Sequence record: MH791398.1
Direction: 5' to 3' (one strand)
DNA length: 64,000 nucleotides
Position numbers and translations under genes: made by a program. Below, piece by piece: positions 1 through 9,044 of the stretch (positions are counted from its first letter, which is position 1; each line of letters starts with the position of its first letter). The notes beneath the pieces were generated by a model, which worked only from the letters and a program-made list of their open reading frames with translations, made no database searches and had not been told where the DNA came from.

Positions 1-327
1 CTTAACCAGTGGGCTGGTTGCATCACGGATCAAATGCATTATGATTATCTGTATCACACCGTAGTTAAATGTCAGTTACCTTTTATGAAGGCTGCTAAAG
101 CTAGTAACGACTGGGATTATATCCTCATCGTAAAACTCCTAGCTCGTCACTACAGCGTATCCGATTCCAAGGCTAAGGACTTCATCGAACTTCATGATGA
201 AACGCAACTGAGAGCGATTAAGAAGCTTTACAAGGGTATTGTTACTTCACCCGATTGTGATTTTTTGAAGTTTGCACCAAATAAAACAGAAAGAACCCGC
301 CTATATGGCGTGGTCAAGAAATGGTAA
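1..327 (+). CDS. 62: Clamp loader small subunit gp62, 3' part (truncated by window start)
   Basis: Open frame from base 1 (LNQWAGCITDQMHYDYLYHTV...). DQMHYDYL motif and position directly upstream of regA match T4 order 45-44-62-regA-43. Confidence 0.8.
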   Translation, partial: LNQWAGCITDQMHYDYLYHTVVKCQLPFMKAAKASNDWDYILIVKLLARHYSVSDSKAKDFIELHDETQLRAIKKLYKGIVTSPDCDFLKFAPNKTERTRLYGVVKKW

Positions 328-331
328 AAAT

Positions 332-694
332 ATGATTCGTATCGGTATTCAGGAAGCAACAGACTTCCTTTCAATTCAAGAAACCTTAACCCGCATCGGT
401 ATTGCAAACCGAGAACAAAAAAAGTTGTGGCAAAGTTGTCACATTGTTAGAAAACATGGTTTCTATTATATTGCTCACTTCAAAGAGCTATTGCGTCGGG
501 ATGGGCTTGATGTTGTGATCTCACAAGAGGACATTGACCGTCGTGACGACATTACATCTCTTTTAGAAGATTGGGGTTTGTGCTCTATCATAGACCTAAT
601 CAATCCACCAAAAGTTTATGAATTTCACATTATCCAACATAAAGATAAACCAGATTGGACCTTAAAAAGTAAGTATATTTTCAAGAAAAGTTAA
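332..694 (+). CDS. regA: Translational repressor RegA
   Basis: DFLSIQETLTRIGIAN...KLWQSCHI...YYIAHFKELL..DG is the RegA signature. ATG at 332 preferred over the track start at 272. Confidence 0.95.
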   Translation: MIRIGIQEATDFLSIQETLTRIGIANREQKKLWQSCHIVRKHGFYYIAHFKELLRRDGLDVVISQEDIDRRDDITSLLEDWGLCSIIDLINPPKVYEFHIIQHKDKPDWTLKSKYIFKKS

Positions 695-700
695 ACCATC

Positions 701-726
701 TATGGGGATCTGATAAGATCCCCGTA
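701..726 (+). promoter_or_regulatory. Hairpin just upstream of the gp43A Shine-Dalgarno; candidate autogenous translational operator or terminator
   Basis: GGGGATCT-GATA-AGATCCCC, followed by AAGAGGA and the ATG at 746. T4 gene 43 has an operator hairpin in the same position. Confidence 0.5.
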
Positions 727-745
727 TCTATAAGAGGATTATGTG

Positions 746-2266
746 ATGAATTTTTATACAAGTGTTTGGCTAGATGGAAATACCATTTACGACCGATATT
801 TCGATGATAACGGTAATGATAAGATCCGAAAGGTTAGATATGAACCAACTATGTATCGTCATGTTGGTGACCATATTGATACTCCATATCGGGATATTTT
901 CGGTAAGCGTTGTTTGCCTAAGAAACTAGATTCTGTTAGCGAAGCTAGGAAATGGTTTAAAGATATGCAGTCTATGGGGAAAGACGTATTGGGTATGGAT
1001 AATTACACATTCCAATATATCTCTGATACTTACGGCTCTAATGTGTATTATGATTATACATATCTTGATATTATGTTTTTGGATATCGAGGTCCCAACTG
1101 ATGGACCTTTCCCACAAGCAGAAGAAACGAAGTATGAAATAGATACCATTCAGATCTATAGTACCAAATCAAAAAAATATTATATCTGGACTATTCGTGA
1201 ATGGGATGCATGTAAATCTATTCTGGATAAGAAGGTTCTTGACGACGTTGAATATGTTTTGTGTGGGTCTGAAAAAGAAATCCTGATTAAGTTCATGCAC
1301 TTTTTCTGTACGAATACACCCCATTATCTTAGTGGGTGGAATAGTGAGTTTTTTGATATTCCCTATATCATGGGTCGTATTAAAAAAGTCCTTGGTGAAA
1401 AATTTATCCATAAACTGAGTCCATTTGGTGAGACTACAGAGATCACCCAAAAGGATGACAACGACGAAGATTACACCACCTACACTATCCAAGGTGTAAA
1501 CTGTGTTGACTTCATGGCAGCATATAAGAAGTTTACTTTTACCACACGACCAAACTATAAACTAGATACGATTGCGGAAGCAGAACTTAAAACAAATAAA
1601 GTCGAAATGACTTATAAAACCTACTTGATGTTTGCTGAAAAGGATCCACAGACTTATATCGATTACTCTATTCGAGACGTTGAAATTATCAAACGACTGG
1701 AAGAAACATTGAGTTTGATATTCCTGATTGCGTCTGTATCCTATTATGCGAGTATCAACGCACCAGACGTATTCAGTCCGTTGAAAACTTGGGATGCTAT
1801 CATTTATAACAGCCTCCTTGCCAATAACGTAATTATCCCTGAAAACAAACATGCCCAACGGTCTAAGTTCGCTGGCGCATATGTTAAGGACCCGATTCCG
1901 GGGTTGTATGAGTGGCTTATTTCGTTTGACTTGACTTCCCTTTATCCACACGAAATCATGGGTAAGAATATCTCTCCCGAGACTTTGGTTGATCAGGTTG
2001 ATTTCCCTCGCATCTTGGTTAAAGACCGTATGGTTCCTGATATCGAGGGGATGGGTTTGGTTAACAAGACGTTTGATGTTCCTCATGAAGGTAAATATTC
2101 CGTCGCCCCAAATGGTGTTCGTTATAGAAATGACAAACGCGGTTTCCTTCCTATTGAAGTTGAGAAGGTGTTTGTCCAACGGAAACAAGCCAAGACCGAA
2201 GAGTTTAAAGCTGATGCCCTTGCAACTAGAGCTGCTGCGATCTTGGCAAAGAGGAATGATAAATGA
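746..2266 (+). CDS. 43A: DNA polymerase gp43A (family B; exonuclease and N-terminal palm; split gene, part A)
   Basis: ExoI FLDIE, ExoII GWNSEFFDIPY, ExoIII YSIRDV and motif A SFDLTSLYP. ORF stops within the fingers domain. Confidence 0.95.
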   Translation: MNFYTSVWLDGNTIYDRYFDDNGNDKIRKVRYEPTMYRHVGDHIDTPYRDIFGKRCLPKKLDSVSEARKWFKDMQSMGKDVLGMDNYTFQYISDTYGSNVYYDYTYLDIMFLDIEVPTDGPFPQAEETKYEIDTIQIYSTKSKKYYIWTIREWDACKSILDKKVLDDVEYVLCGSEKEILIKFMHFFCTNTPHYLSGWNSEFFDIPYIMGRIKKVLGEKFIHKLSPFGETTEITQKDDNDEDYTTYTIQGVNCVDFMAAYKKFTFTTRPNYKLDTIAEAELKTNKVEMTYKTYLMFAEKDPQTYIDYSIRDVEIIKRLEETLSLIFLIASVSYYASINAPDVFSPLKTWDAIIYNSLLANNVIIPENKHAQRSKFAGAYVKDPIPGLYEWLISFDLTSLYPHEIMGKNISPETLVDQVDFPRILVKDRMVPDIEGMGLVNKTFDVPHEGKYSVAPNGVRYRNDKRGFLPIEVEKVFVQRKQAKTEEFKADALATRAAAILAKRNDK

Positions 2267-3438
2267 ATCTAGATTATACCGATGAACAATTGGAAAATAT
2301 GACAGACGATGAGCTGAAAAAGCTCATCTCTGACTGTCGGAAATATGAGAAAGTATGTAACGTAACCCAACAAGCAAAAAAGGTATTGATCAACTCTCTT
2401 TATGGGTCTTTGGGTCATCCTGTGGGTCGTTATTATGATCTACGAATGGCAGAATCAATTACGATGGGTGGTCAGTTATCCATTAAATGGATTGCCAGAA
2501 AAACGAACGAGTATTTCAATAAGCTGTGTAACACAGAAGACGTAGATTACGTTATCTATTGTGATACCGACTCTCAATATGTTTGTGTTGAAAACTTCGT
2601 TAAAATGATGGCAGACAAGAAAGGCGTTAAGATTGAGGATGTTGAACCTATTAAATGGGTTGATATGCTTGATAAGTTCGCAAAGAATATGGTCGAGCCA
2701 TATATCGATGAATGTTATCGCGAACTGAAAGATTACATGAACTATTTCGACCATAAATTGTTCATGGACCGTGAAGTAATCGCAACTCGTGGGTTCTGGA
2801 CCGCTAAGAAACGATATGCTCTATCTGTGTGGGATAACGAAGGTAAGAGAAAGCTAGACTCTCATGGTAATGTAGTTCCAAAGCTCAAGATTATGGGTAT
2901 CGAGACACGCCGTAGCAGTACACCACCTTTTGCGTCAGAATGTCTTGAAAAAGCGATTGACATCATTTTGACTGAGAATGAAACAAATCTCCATGCTCAC
3001 GTTGACAAGGTAAAGGGTGAATATCCAAAACAGGATTATCGTAAGATTGCACAAGTAAGTAGCGCAAATAATATTGAAAAGAACTCAGACGAATTTTTCA
3101 ATCATAAATCTGGTTGTCCCGGTCACGTTAAAGCAGCTATTAACTACAACAAGATTTGTGATCAGTTGAAATCAGTATCCTATGTTGACCCAATCCGTTC
3201 TGGTGAAAAAATTCAGTATGCGATGTTGAAGGTCCCGAATAAATATCATATCGAAACTATTGCTTGGCCTTCCGGTGATAAGATCCCAGACGAATTCGGA
3301 ATTAATCCGGAAAAAGATATTGATTTCGTTGGTATGTATTGTAAACACTTCCAAAAGCCGCTTGGTAATATCTGCGATGCTATTGGGTGGAAACAAGAAA
3401 GCCCCGCGAATTTTTCTCTGGATGACTTGTTTGGTTAA
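2263..3438 (+). CDS. 43B: DNA polymerase gp43B (split gene, part B)
   Basis: Motif B KVLINSLYGSLG, motif C YCDTDS, KKRYAL, and C-terminal clamp-binding-like SLDDLFG. ATGA overlap with 43A. Confidence 0.95.
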   Translation: MNLDYTDEQLENMTDDELKKLISDCRKYEKVCNVTQQAKKVLINSLYGSLGHPVGRYYDLRMAESITMGGQLSIKWIARKTNEYFNKLCNTEDVDYVIYCDTDSQYVCVENFVKMMADKKGVKIEDVEPIKWVDMLDKFAKNMVEPYIDECYRELKDYMNYFDHKLFMDREVIATRGFWTAKKRYALSVWDNEGKRKLDSHGNVVPKLKIMGIETRRSSTPPFASECLEKAIDIILTENETNLHAHVDKVKGEYPKQDYRKIAQVSSANNIEKNSDEFFNHKSGCPGHVKAAINYNKICDQLKSVSYVDPIRSGEKIQYAMLKVPNKYHIETIAWPSGDKIPDEFGINPEKDIDFVGMYCKHFQKPLGNICDAIGWKQESPANFSLDDLFG

Positions 3439-3503
3439 AAACAAAAATTAAATGGAGAGGTTATTGATGATATAATCTCTCCATAATCAAAAAGGAAAAT
3501 AAA

Positions 3504-3914
3504 ATGCCAGAACAAAAAAGTAAGTATCATGATATTTTGGTTGCAGGTGACCATTACAAAAAGGTAAAAGAACATATAAATATAGATATTTCGGATACAA
3601 TACGAGATAAGTGTTTCACCCAAGAATTTATCGACCAACCGAATTATTCAGATGATATGGTTGAGCTTGTTAGTAGGGTGGTGGAAAATTCCATTAATAA
3701 AGAACTTATATCTAGGTTCGCCATCAAAGTCAATTCAGATAGAGATGTGATTAAAATCGAGTTTGAAGCTCCATTTAAAGGTTCGAGTGAGTTTAAATCC
3801 ATCTTCCTTACAAGAGATTCGACATATATCCGCCTTTCTGGATTAAAACATTTACCAGAAGATATAAAGACGAAAAGAAAGAACCATGAGATTTTAGAAA
3901 AAGAATTTAAATAA
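3504..3914 (+). CDS. Hypothetical protein at the locus where T4 has imm/42/bgt
   Basis: 136-aa ORF with AGGA SD; no recognisable motif. Confidence 0.6.
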   Translation: MPEQKSKYHDILVAGDHYKKVKEHINIDISDTIRDKCFTQEFIDQPNYSDDMVELVSRVVENSINKELISRFAIKVNSDRDVIKIEFEAPFKGSSEFKSIFLTRDSTYIRLSGLKHLPEDIKTKRKNHEILEKEFK

Positions 3915-3940
3915 TTAAATATTAATATAGGAAAATTAAA

Positions 3941-5050
3941 ATGGCTAAAAAAGCAAAAACGGTTAATACTGGTGCCCTTCTGGAACGTCTGTCTGGTACT
4001 TCCTCAAATAAAATGAGTTCTATGCTATCCGATAGCGTTTTCTTTAACGACAAGGATGTAATCCGGACTCGTGTCCCGATCATTAACCTGATGTTGAGTG
4101 GTCATCTTGATGGTGGTTTGAAGCCGGGTCTAACTTGTATTGCCGGACCGTCTAAACACTTTAAATCTAACCTGAGTTTGGTTCTGGTTTCTGCTTATCT
4201 TCGTAAGTATCCGGATGCAGTTTGTCTGTTCTTTGATAATGAATTCGGTTCTACTCCTGATTATTTTACTTCTCAAGGTGTAGATATTGACCGGGTTGTA
4301 CATTGTCCGTTTATTGACGTAGAAGAACTTAAATTCGATATCGTTAAGAAACTGGAAGCAGTCAAACGTGGTGATAAGGTTATTATCTATATTGACTCTA
4401 TCGGTAACGTTGCTTCTAAGAAAGAACTTGAAGATGCGAAGAATGAAAAGTCTGCACAGGATATGACCCGAGCAAAGCAGATCAAGAGTCTGTTCCGTAT
4501 GGTTACCCCTTACCTGACTGTTAATGACATCCCGTGTATTGCTGTAAACCACACATACGAAACCCAAGAGATGTACAGCAAAACTGTTATGAGTGGCGGC
4601 ACCGGACCGATGTATTCCGCTGACACCGTTATCATTCTTGGTAAGCAACAGGACAAAGATGGCAAAGAGCTGTTGGGTTATAACTTTGTGATGAATGCGG
4701 AAAAGAGTCGCACTATCAAAGAAAAATCCAAATTGGACTTGCAAGTTTCCTTCCAAGGTGGTATTAATACATACTCAGGTTTGCTAAAGATTGCACAAGA
4801 ACTTGGTTTTGTTACCAAACCACAAAACGCACGTTATCAGCGCAATTATCTCGACCTCGAAACTGGTGAGATGTATCTGATCACCGATGATGAAAAGAAA
4901 TGGACAGAAGAGGATTCCAACTCTCTGGAATTCTGGAAACCTATGTTTTCTCACAAGCCTTTTATGGATGCTGTGTCTGATGCATACAAACTGAAAGCAG
5001 TTGAAGTATCTCAGGAAGTGTTTGATGAAGTTGACCAGTTGTTCGGTTAA
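3941..5050 (+). CDS. uvsX: RecA-like recombinase UvsX
   Basis: Walker A GPSKHFKS, FFDNEFG, IDSIGNVASKKE and SGGTGPMYSAD are typical of UvsX. Confidence 0.97.
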   Translation: MAKKAKTVNTGALLERLSGTSSNKMSSMLSDSVFFNDKDVIRTRVPIINLMLSGHLDGGLKPGLTCIAGPSKHFKSNLSLVLVSAYLRKYPDAVCLFFDNEFGSTPDYFTSQGVDIDRVVHCPFIDVEELKFDIVKKLEAVKRGDKVIIYIDSIGNVASKKELEDAKNEKSAQDMTRAKQIKSLFRMVTPYLTVNDIPCIAVNHTYETQEMYSKTVMSGGTGPMYSADTVIILGKQQDKDGKELLGYNFVMNAEKSRTIKEKSKLDLQVSFQGGINTYSGLLKIAQELGFVTKPQNARYQRNYLDLETGEMYLITDDEKKWTEEDSNSLEFWKPMFSHKPFMDAVSDAYKLKAVEVSQEVFDEVDQLFG

Positions 5051-5072
5051 TAAATCAAACCCTAAATAATAC

Positions 5073-5098
5073 GACCTAGGAAACTAGGTCTATTTCTT
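5073..5098 (+). terminator. GAAA-tetraloop hairpin after uvsX
   Basis: GACCTAG-GAAA-CTAGGTC followed by TATTTCTT. A CTAAATA late-promoter-like motif lies just upstream (5062-5068). Confidence 0.5.
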
Positions 5099-5109
5099 AC
5101 AGGTAATAT

Positions 5110-5400
5110 ATGGAAGAAATAAACGAAGATACCTATAAAGATGTAATCAATGACGCATTAAAGAATGTACAAACAGAATTGGTTATCCGGATTGATAGTG
5201 AGAATTTTCTTGTGTTTATCAACGATATACAGTATCATGATGGGAAGGTTGTATTAGATTGGAGTACTCCACACGAAGACATGAAGGAAGAACTATACCC
5301 ACATGTTAAAAATGCAGTACAAGCCATGTATAACCAAGCCAATGTCGAGATTGAAAAATCTTTCTTTGGGCGTTTTCTTGATCTTTTCAAAAGGAAATAA
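5110..5400 (+). CDS. 40: Head vertex assembly chaperone gp40
   Basis: Lies between uvsX and 41. VFINDIQYHDGKVVLDWSTP..KEELYPHVKNAVQAM resembles gp40. Confidence 0.8.
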   Translation: MEEINEDTYKDVINDALKNVQTELVIRIDSENFLVFINDIQYHDGKVVLDWSTPHEDMKEELYPHVKNAVQAMYNQANVEIEKSFFGRFLDLFKRK

Positions 5401-5401
5401 A

Positions 5402-5917
5402 ATGACAGAACAAACCTGCGACCGTAATGATTGTTATGATGTAACTGGATTTCCAGAGGATACCCTTGTTACCTTTTGTGCCCCCGACATTTACGGGGAC
5501 ATGAGGGAACAAACATGGACTCTATATCAACTTCTAGAGATTCAACAGGGTAACCGGATCCTTCTAAAGGGGCCGGAAACCGGTAAATACGCAACGATCT
5601 TACGTATGGTCGATACGGAGTTCACAGAACCGGTCAACCCCAACGTATGGGAAATCCATATGTCTAACGGGAAATCTTGGTTGTGTGCAGAGAACCATCA
5701 AGTTCTGAGTCTATATGACCGCAAGAGCCCCTATCAGGCTCTATATGCAGCTCAATATTGTACTCCTGATGGTGGTGTTGTGAATCGGGTAAAACGGGTT
5801 CGTCAATACAAATATAAGGCTAGGTTCTGGATGCATATCATCACCGAGGACGATGTGCCGTTCGTGCTGAATGATACCGGTATTCTTCATTTTTCCTCAC
5901 AGAAAAAGGTTGTATAA
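5402..5917 (+). CDS. Free-standing Hint/intein-fold protein, probably splicing-inactive
   Basis: Block A-like GFPEDTLV, block B-like WEIHMSNGKSWLCAENHQVL, block F/G-like HIITEDDVPFVLNDTGILHFS. ATG at 5402 after AAGGA SD. Confidence 0.6.
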   Translation: MTEQTCDRNDCYDVTGFPEDTLVTFCAPDIYGDMREQTWTLYQLLEIQQGNRILLKGPETGKYATILRMVDTEFTEPVNPNVWEIHMSNGKSWLCAENHQVLSLYDRKSPYQALYAAQYCTPDGGVVNRVKRVRQYKYKARFWMHIITEDDVPFVLNDTGILHFSSQKKVV

Positions 5918-5920
5918 ATA
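5913..5920 (+). promoter_or_regulatory. T4-type late promoter consensus TATAAATA
   Basis: Exact gp55 consensus at the Hint-ORF stop, upstream of gene 41. Confidence 0.4.
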
Positions 5921-5990
5921 ATTAAAAAGTCGCTTGCGTTATGGGATAATCTTTAACGTAAGCGACTTTTCTTTTTTACAGGTGTTTTTA

Positions 5991-7550
5991 ATGAGTATTT
6001 CACAAATTATTATCAATAACCTCGTTTTCAACGGCGAGTATTTTGGTAAGGTGTACCCTTTTCTTAAATCCGAATATTTCTCTAAGGGGCCTTATCGTAT
6101 TGCATTTGACTTGATTGATACCTATGCAAAAAAGCATAACAAAGCTCCGTCGGTTGCGGCTCTGGATGTTATGCTGGAACGCAAACAGAATATGAGTCAA
6201 GTAGAGTATGACCAGACTAAAGTTTTGGTATCTCGAATTGAACAAATCCCAGAAGATAAAAACTGGTTGATTGAAGAGACAGAATCTTTCTGTAAAGAAC
6301 GTGCTATCGATATTGCATTATCTGAGTGTATCCAGATCCGTGAAAACTTCGCCAAACCACTGGATGAGCAAGACCCGAAAATAAAAGATATCGGGGCAAT
6401 GCAAGAGATCATGAAAAAGGCTATGTCTGTTGGCTTTACTTTTGACGTTGGTCATGATTATATGAACAGCGCAGAAGAACGTTGGGAAGCATATAACCAA
6501 AAGACAAATAAGATCCCGTTCCTGAATCATATGCTGAACCGGATCACCAAGGGTGGGGTTGAACGTGGTACGCTTAACGTTATTCTAGCCGGTACTGGTG
6601 TTGGTAAGTCTATCGGTCTGTGTCACCTTGCAACCGAGTATATGCAACTCGGGTTAAACGTGTTGTACGTCTCGTTTGAGATGTCGGAAGAAACTGTAGG
6701 TAAGCGTATTGACGCAAACCTAATGGACCTGACTCTGGACGAGCTAGATAGTGGACTTATCCAAAAATCTGAGTTCATGAACCGGTTCAACAAAAAGGTT
6801 GCAGGTAAAAAGCTTGGTAAGCTTTATGTTAAGCAGTTCCCAACATCAGGGGCAAACGTAAACCACATCAGAAACCTGATGGATGAGCTTGAAATGAAAA
6901 AGGGTTTCAAGCCAGATGTTATCTGCTGCGATTACCTAGGTATCATGGCGTCGTCTCGTATGAAATTCTCTGATAACTCTTACTCTTTCATCAAGGCAAT
7001 TTCAGAGGAAGTTCGTGGTCTGGCAATAGAGAAGAAAGTTGTTGTATGGTCTGGTGCGCAAACCAACCGTGGGTCTTCTGGTTCCCTTGAGATTGACAAA
7101 GCGGATATCGCGGATTCGTTTGCACTTCTCCATGGTTGCGACTTCGTATTGGCAATTTCAGAAGATGAAGATCTGGTACAGATGGGACAACAGTTGTTTA
7201 AGCAACTTAAATCTCGTTATGGAGATATCAACACCCATAATAAATTCTGTCTGGCTGTTCAGAAAAATTATATGAGGTGGTCAGATCTCGACGACACAAC
7301 ACCATATACCGTTGTGTTTGAGCGCAAAGATTTGGAAGAGAAAACGGATATTCAGGAGGATGCTGTTATTGTTCGTCAAGGAGACCAAATCACATCGATC
7401 CCCGTTGAGATAACTCAAGAAATGGAAGATGTCATCGACACAACCCCCATGGGTAGTTCTATGTTCAAGCGAAGGATGAGCAAAACCGAAGTTGATTTTA
7501 ATGACCTCCTTGCAGAACAATCGGTTGACGAAGATATCCCTTGGGATTAA
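5991..7550 (+). CDS. 41: Replicative DNA helicase gp41 (DnaB family)
   Basis: Walker A AGTGVGKS, SFEMSEE, CCDYLG and QLKSRYGD, plus an acidic C-terminal extension. ATG at 5991. Confidence 0.96.
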   Translation: MSISQIIINNLVFNGEYFGKVYPFLKSEYFSKGPYRIAFDLIDTYAKKHNKAPSVAALDVMLERKQNMSQVEYDQTKVLVSRIEQIPEDKNWLIEETESFCKERAIDIALSECIQIRENFAKPLDEQDPKIKDIGAMQEIMKKAMSVGFTFDVGHDYMNSAEERWEAYNQKTNKIPFLNHMLNRITKGGVERGTLNVILAGTGVGKSIGLCHLATEYMQLGLNVLYVSFEMSEETVGKRIDANLMDLTLDELDSGLIQKSEFMNRFNKKVAGKKLGKLYVKQFPTSGANVNHIRNLMDELEMKKGFKPDVICCDYLGIMASSRMKFSDNSYSFIKAISEEVRGLAIEKKVVVWSGAQTNRGSSGSLEIDKADIADSFALLHGCDFVLAISEDEDLVQMGQQLFKQLKSRYGDINTHNKFCLAVQKNYMRWSDLDDTTPYTVVFERKDLEEKTDIQEDAVIVRQGDQITSIPVEITQEMEDVIDTTPMGSSMFKRRMSKTEVDFNDLLAEQSVDEDIPWD

Positions 7551-7590
7551 ACTATGTGGGTACTAGTTACCCACTTGTTGAGGTTGTATT

Positions 7591-8541
7591 ATGAAAGACG
7601 AATTTATTGGTTCTACTTTTAAGACTCCAAAAGGTGGGGTACTAACTGTGGTTGGTATATTTGGAAAAACCAAGACGCATAATAAGGTGTATCTGGCGAA
7701 ATGTTCAATATGTTCATTGGATACAGAATTATATCCTGATGGATTTAGGTCTACTAAGGGTAGTTTTAAATTGGGACAAACCCCATGTGGATGTGCAAAA
7801 TCCCCACAATTAAATTCTCGTCAGAGGTCAATAATAATCAAAAGATTGTTGAAATCAGAAAACATGAACCATATTTTTGTTGGATTTGTTGGTGGTGAAT
7901 ATAAGACGAATACGACAAAGTTGATATGTATTTGTCCAACACATGGCGAGTATCGAGTATCATATGCAAACTTTTCTAACAAAGGTTCTCGATGTTCTAA
8001 ATGTGGAATCAATTACACATCGAGACTGAAAAAATTCAAAGACCCATATAATACAGCAAAAAGTAGATGTGAAGGTTTTGGTGTTGAATTTATTGAATTC
8101 GTTGGTGGTGAATACATAAACCAGAAAACATTGGTTTTATATAAATGTCCAAAACATGGTTTACATAGGAAATCATTCTCAGCCATCGTGAATACTGATA
8201 GTGGTTGTCCAAGCTGTGCTTCTTCTGGATACGATAAATCAAAGTCTGGGTGGTTTTATATCTTTGAATATACAAAAGATAATGATACCGTATACAAATA
8301 CGGGATAACAAATAGAGATCCCGATATTCGTTCGAAAGAACATATTAAGGGTATTCATAACGTTGTTTCTAATTGTGTATTGGTGAAACAATTTGAAGAT
8401 GGAAATCTCCCACTCATAATAGAGTCCAAAATAAAAGCTAAATACAATGGTGTATGTGATTGGTTGTCCTCTGGAAACACAGAAACTGTAACCAAAGATA
8501 ATCTTAATGATATACTTTCTATTGTTGAGGATTTAACGTGA
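7591..8541 (+). mobile_element. Free-standing homing-endonuclease-like gene (repeated Zn-ribbons plus C-terminal GIY-YIG-like domain)
   Basis: Repeats CPTHG...CSKC and CPKHG...CPSC; WFYIFEY...YKYGITNRDPDIRSKEH. AT-rich codon use, inserted between core genes. Confidence 0.75.
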
Positions 8542-8987
8542 GTATTAAAACTATTATGGACGGGATTTATTCCGTCCGTATGCTAGACCTATTAAGAAAA
8601 CCATTTCGTAATTGGGAAGCATACAAGCGCGGTATTATCGACGAAGCCGGTGAGTTTATTAAGAAGCCGGAAACCGTGAGAGAAAAAGCGGCGTATACAT
8701 CATTTCACGCAGCAATTAGATCACTGAAAATAAACCTTCAAAAGTATGGGGGCGAGTCGGTATCTAAATCGTTGGCGGTGAAGGCTGGATATGACACTTT
8801 AACAGAATCATATGGTCAATCAGAATACACGATTGAAATGTTGTATGAAGAGATGATCGCTGGTGATTCCGGGGGTAATGTGACAAACATCGCAACTGGG
8901 GTAAAATCTGGTTCTGTTACAGATAAAGGTCCGTCTGTCATGGGGAAGAAAAAAGAGCGTCGTAAAATTGAAGTAAAAGCCCCGTAA
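8538..8987 (+). CDS. Conserved T4-like hypothetical protein upstream of primase (61.1-type)
   Basis: RMLDLLRKPFRNWEAYKRGIIDEAG...AYTSFH motif, which I recall from larger T4-like phages at this locus. Confidence 0.65.
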   Translation: MSIKTIMDGIYSVRMLDLLRKPFRNWEAYKRGIIDEAGEFIKKPETVREKAAYTSFHAAIRSLKINLQKYGGESVSKSLAVKAGYDTLTESYGQSEYTIEMLYEEMIAGDSGGNVTNIATGVKSGSVTDKGPSVMGKKKERRKIEVKAP

Positions 8988-9000
8988 TTGGGGCTTTATT
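8976..9000 (+). terminator. Rho-independent terminator
   Basis: AAAGCCCC-GTAATT-GGGGCTTT-ATT; nearly identical to the hairpin at 31266. Confidence 0.7.
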
Positions 9001-9044
9001 GTTTCTGGTGAGTGTGATATCATAGGTTGAAAGAGGATTTTTAT

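Noticed and set aside
2240-2290. Possible intein, intron or programmed frameshift at the gp43A/B junction
   Set aside because: No Hint residues, intron core or slippery site. An ATGA overlap with an SD (GAGGA) explains two separate cistrons.
3575-3582. TATAAATA inside the ORF upstream of uvsX as a late promoter
   Set aside because: It lies within AT-rich coding sequence and can occur by chance; no supporting context.
5020-5050. UvsX C-terminus EVDQLFG resembles the clamp-binding tail of gp43B (SLDDLFG)
   Set aside because: It aligns with an internal EVDELI segment of T4 UvsX as recalled, so it is more simply a shorter UvsX. Probably coincidental.
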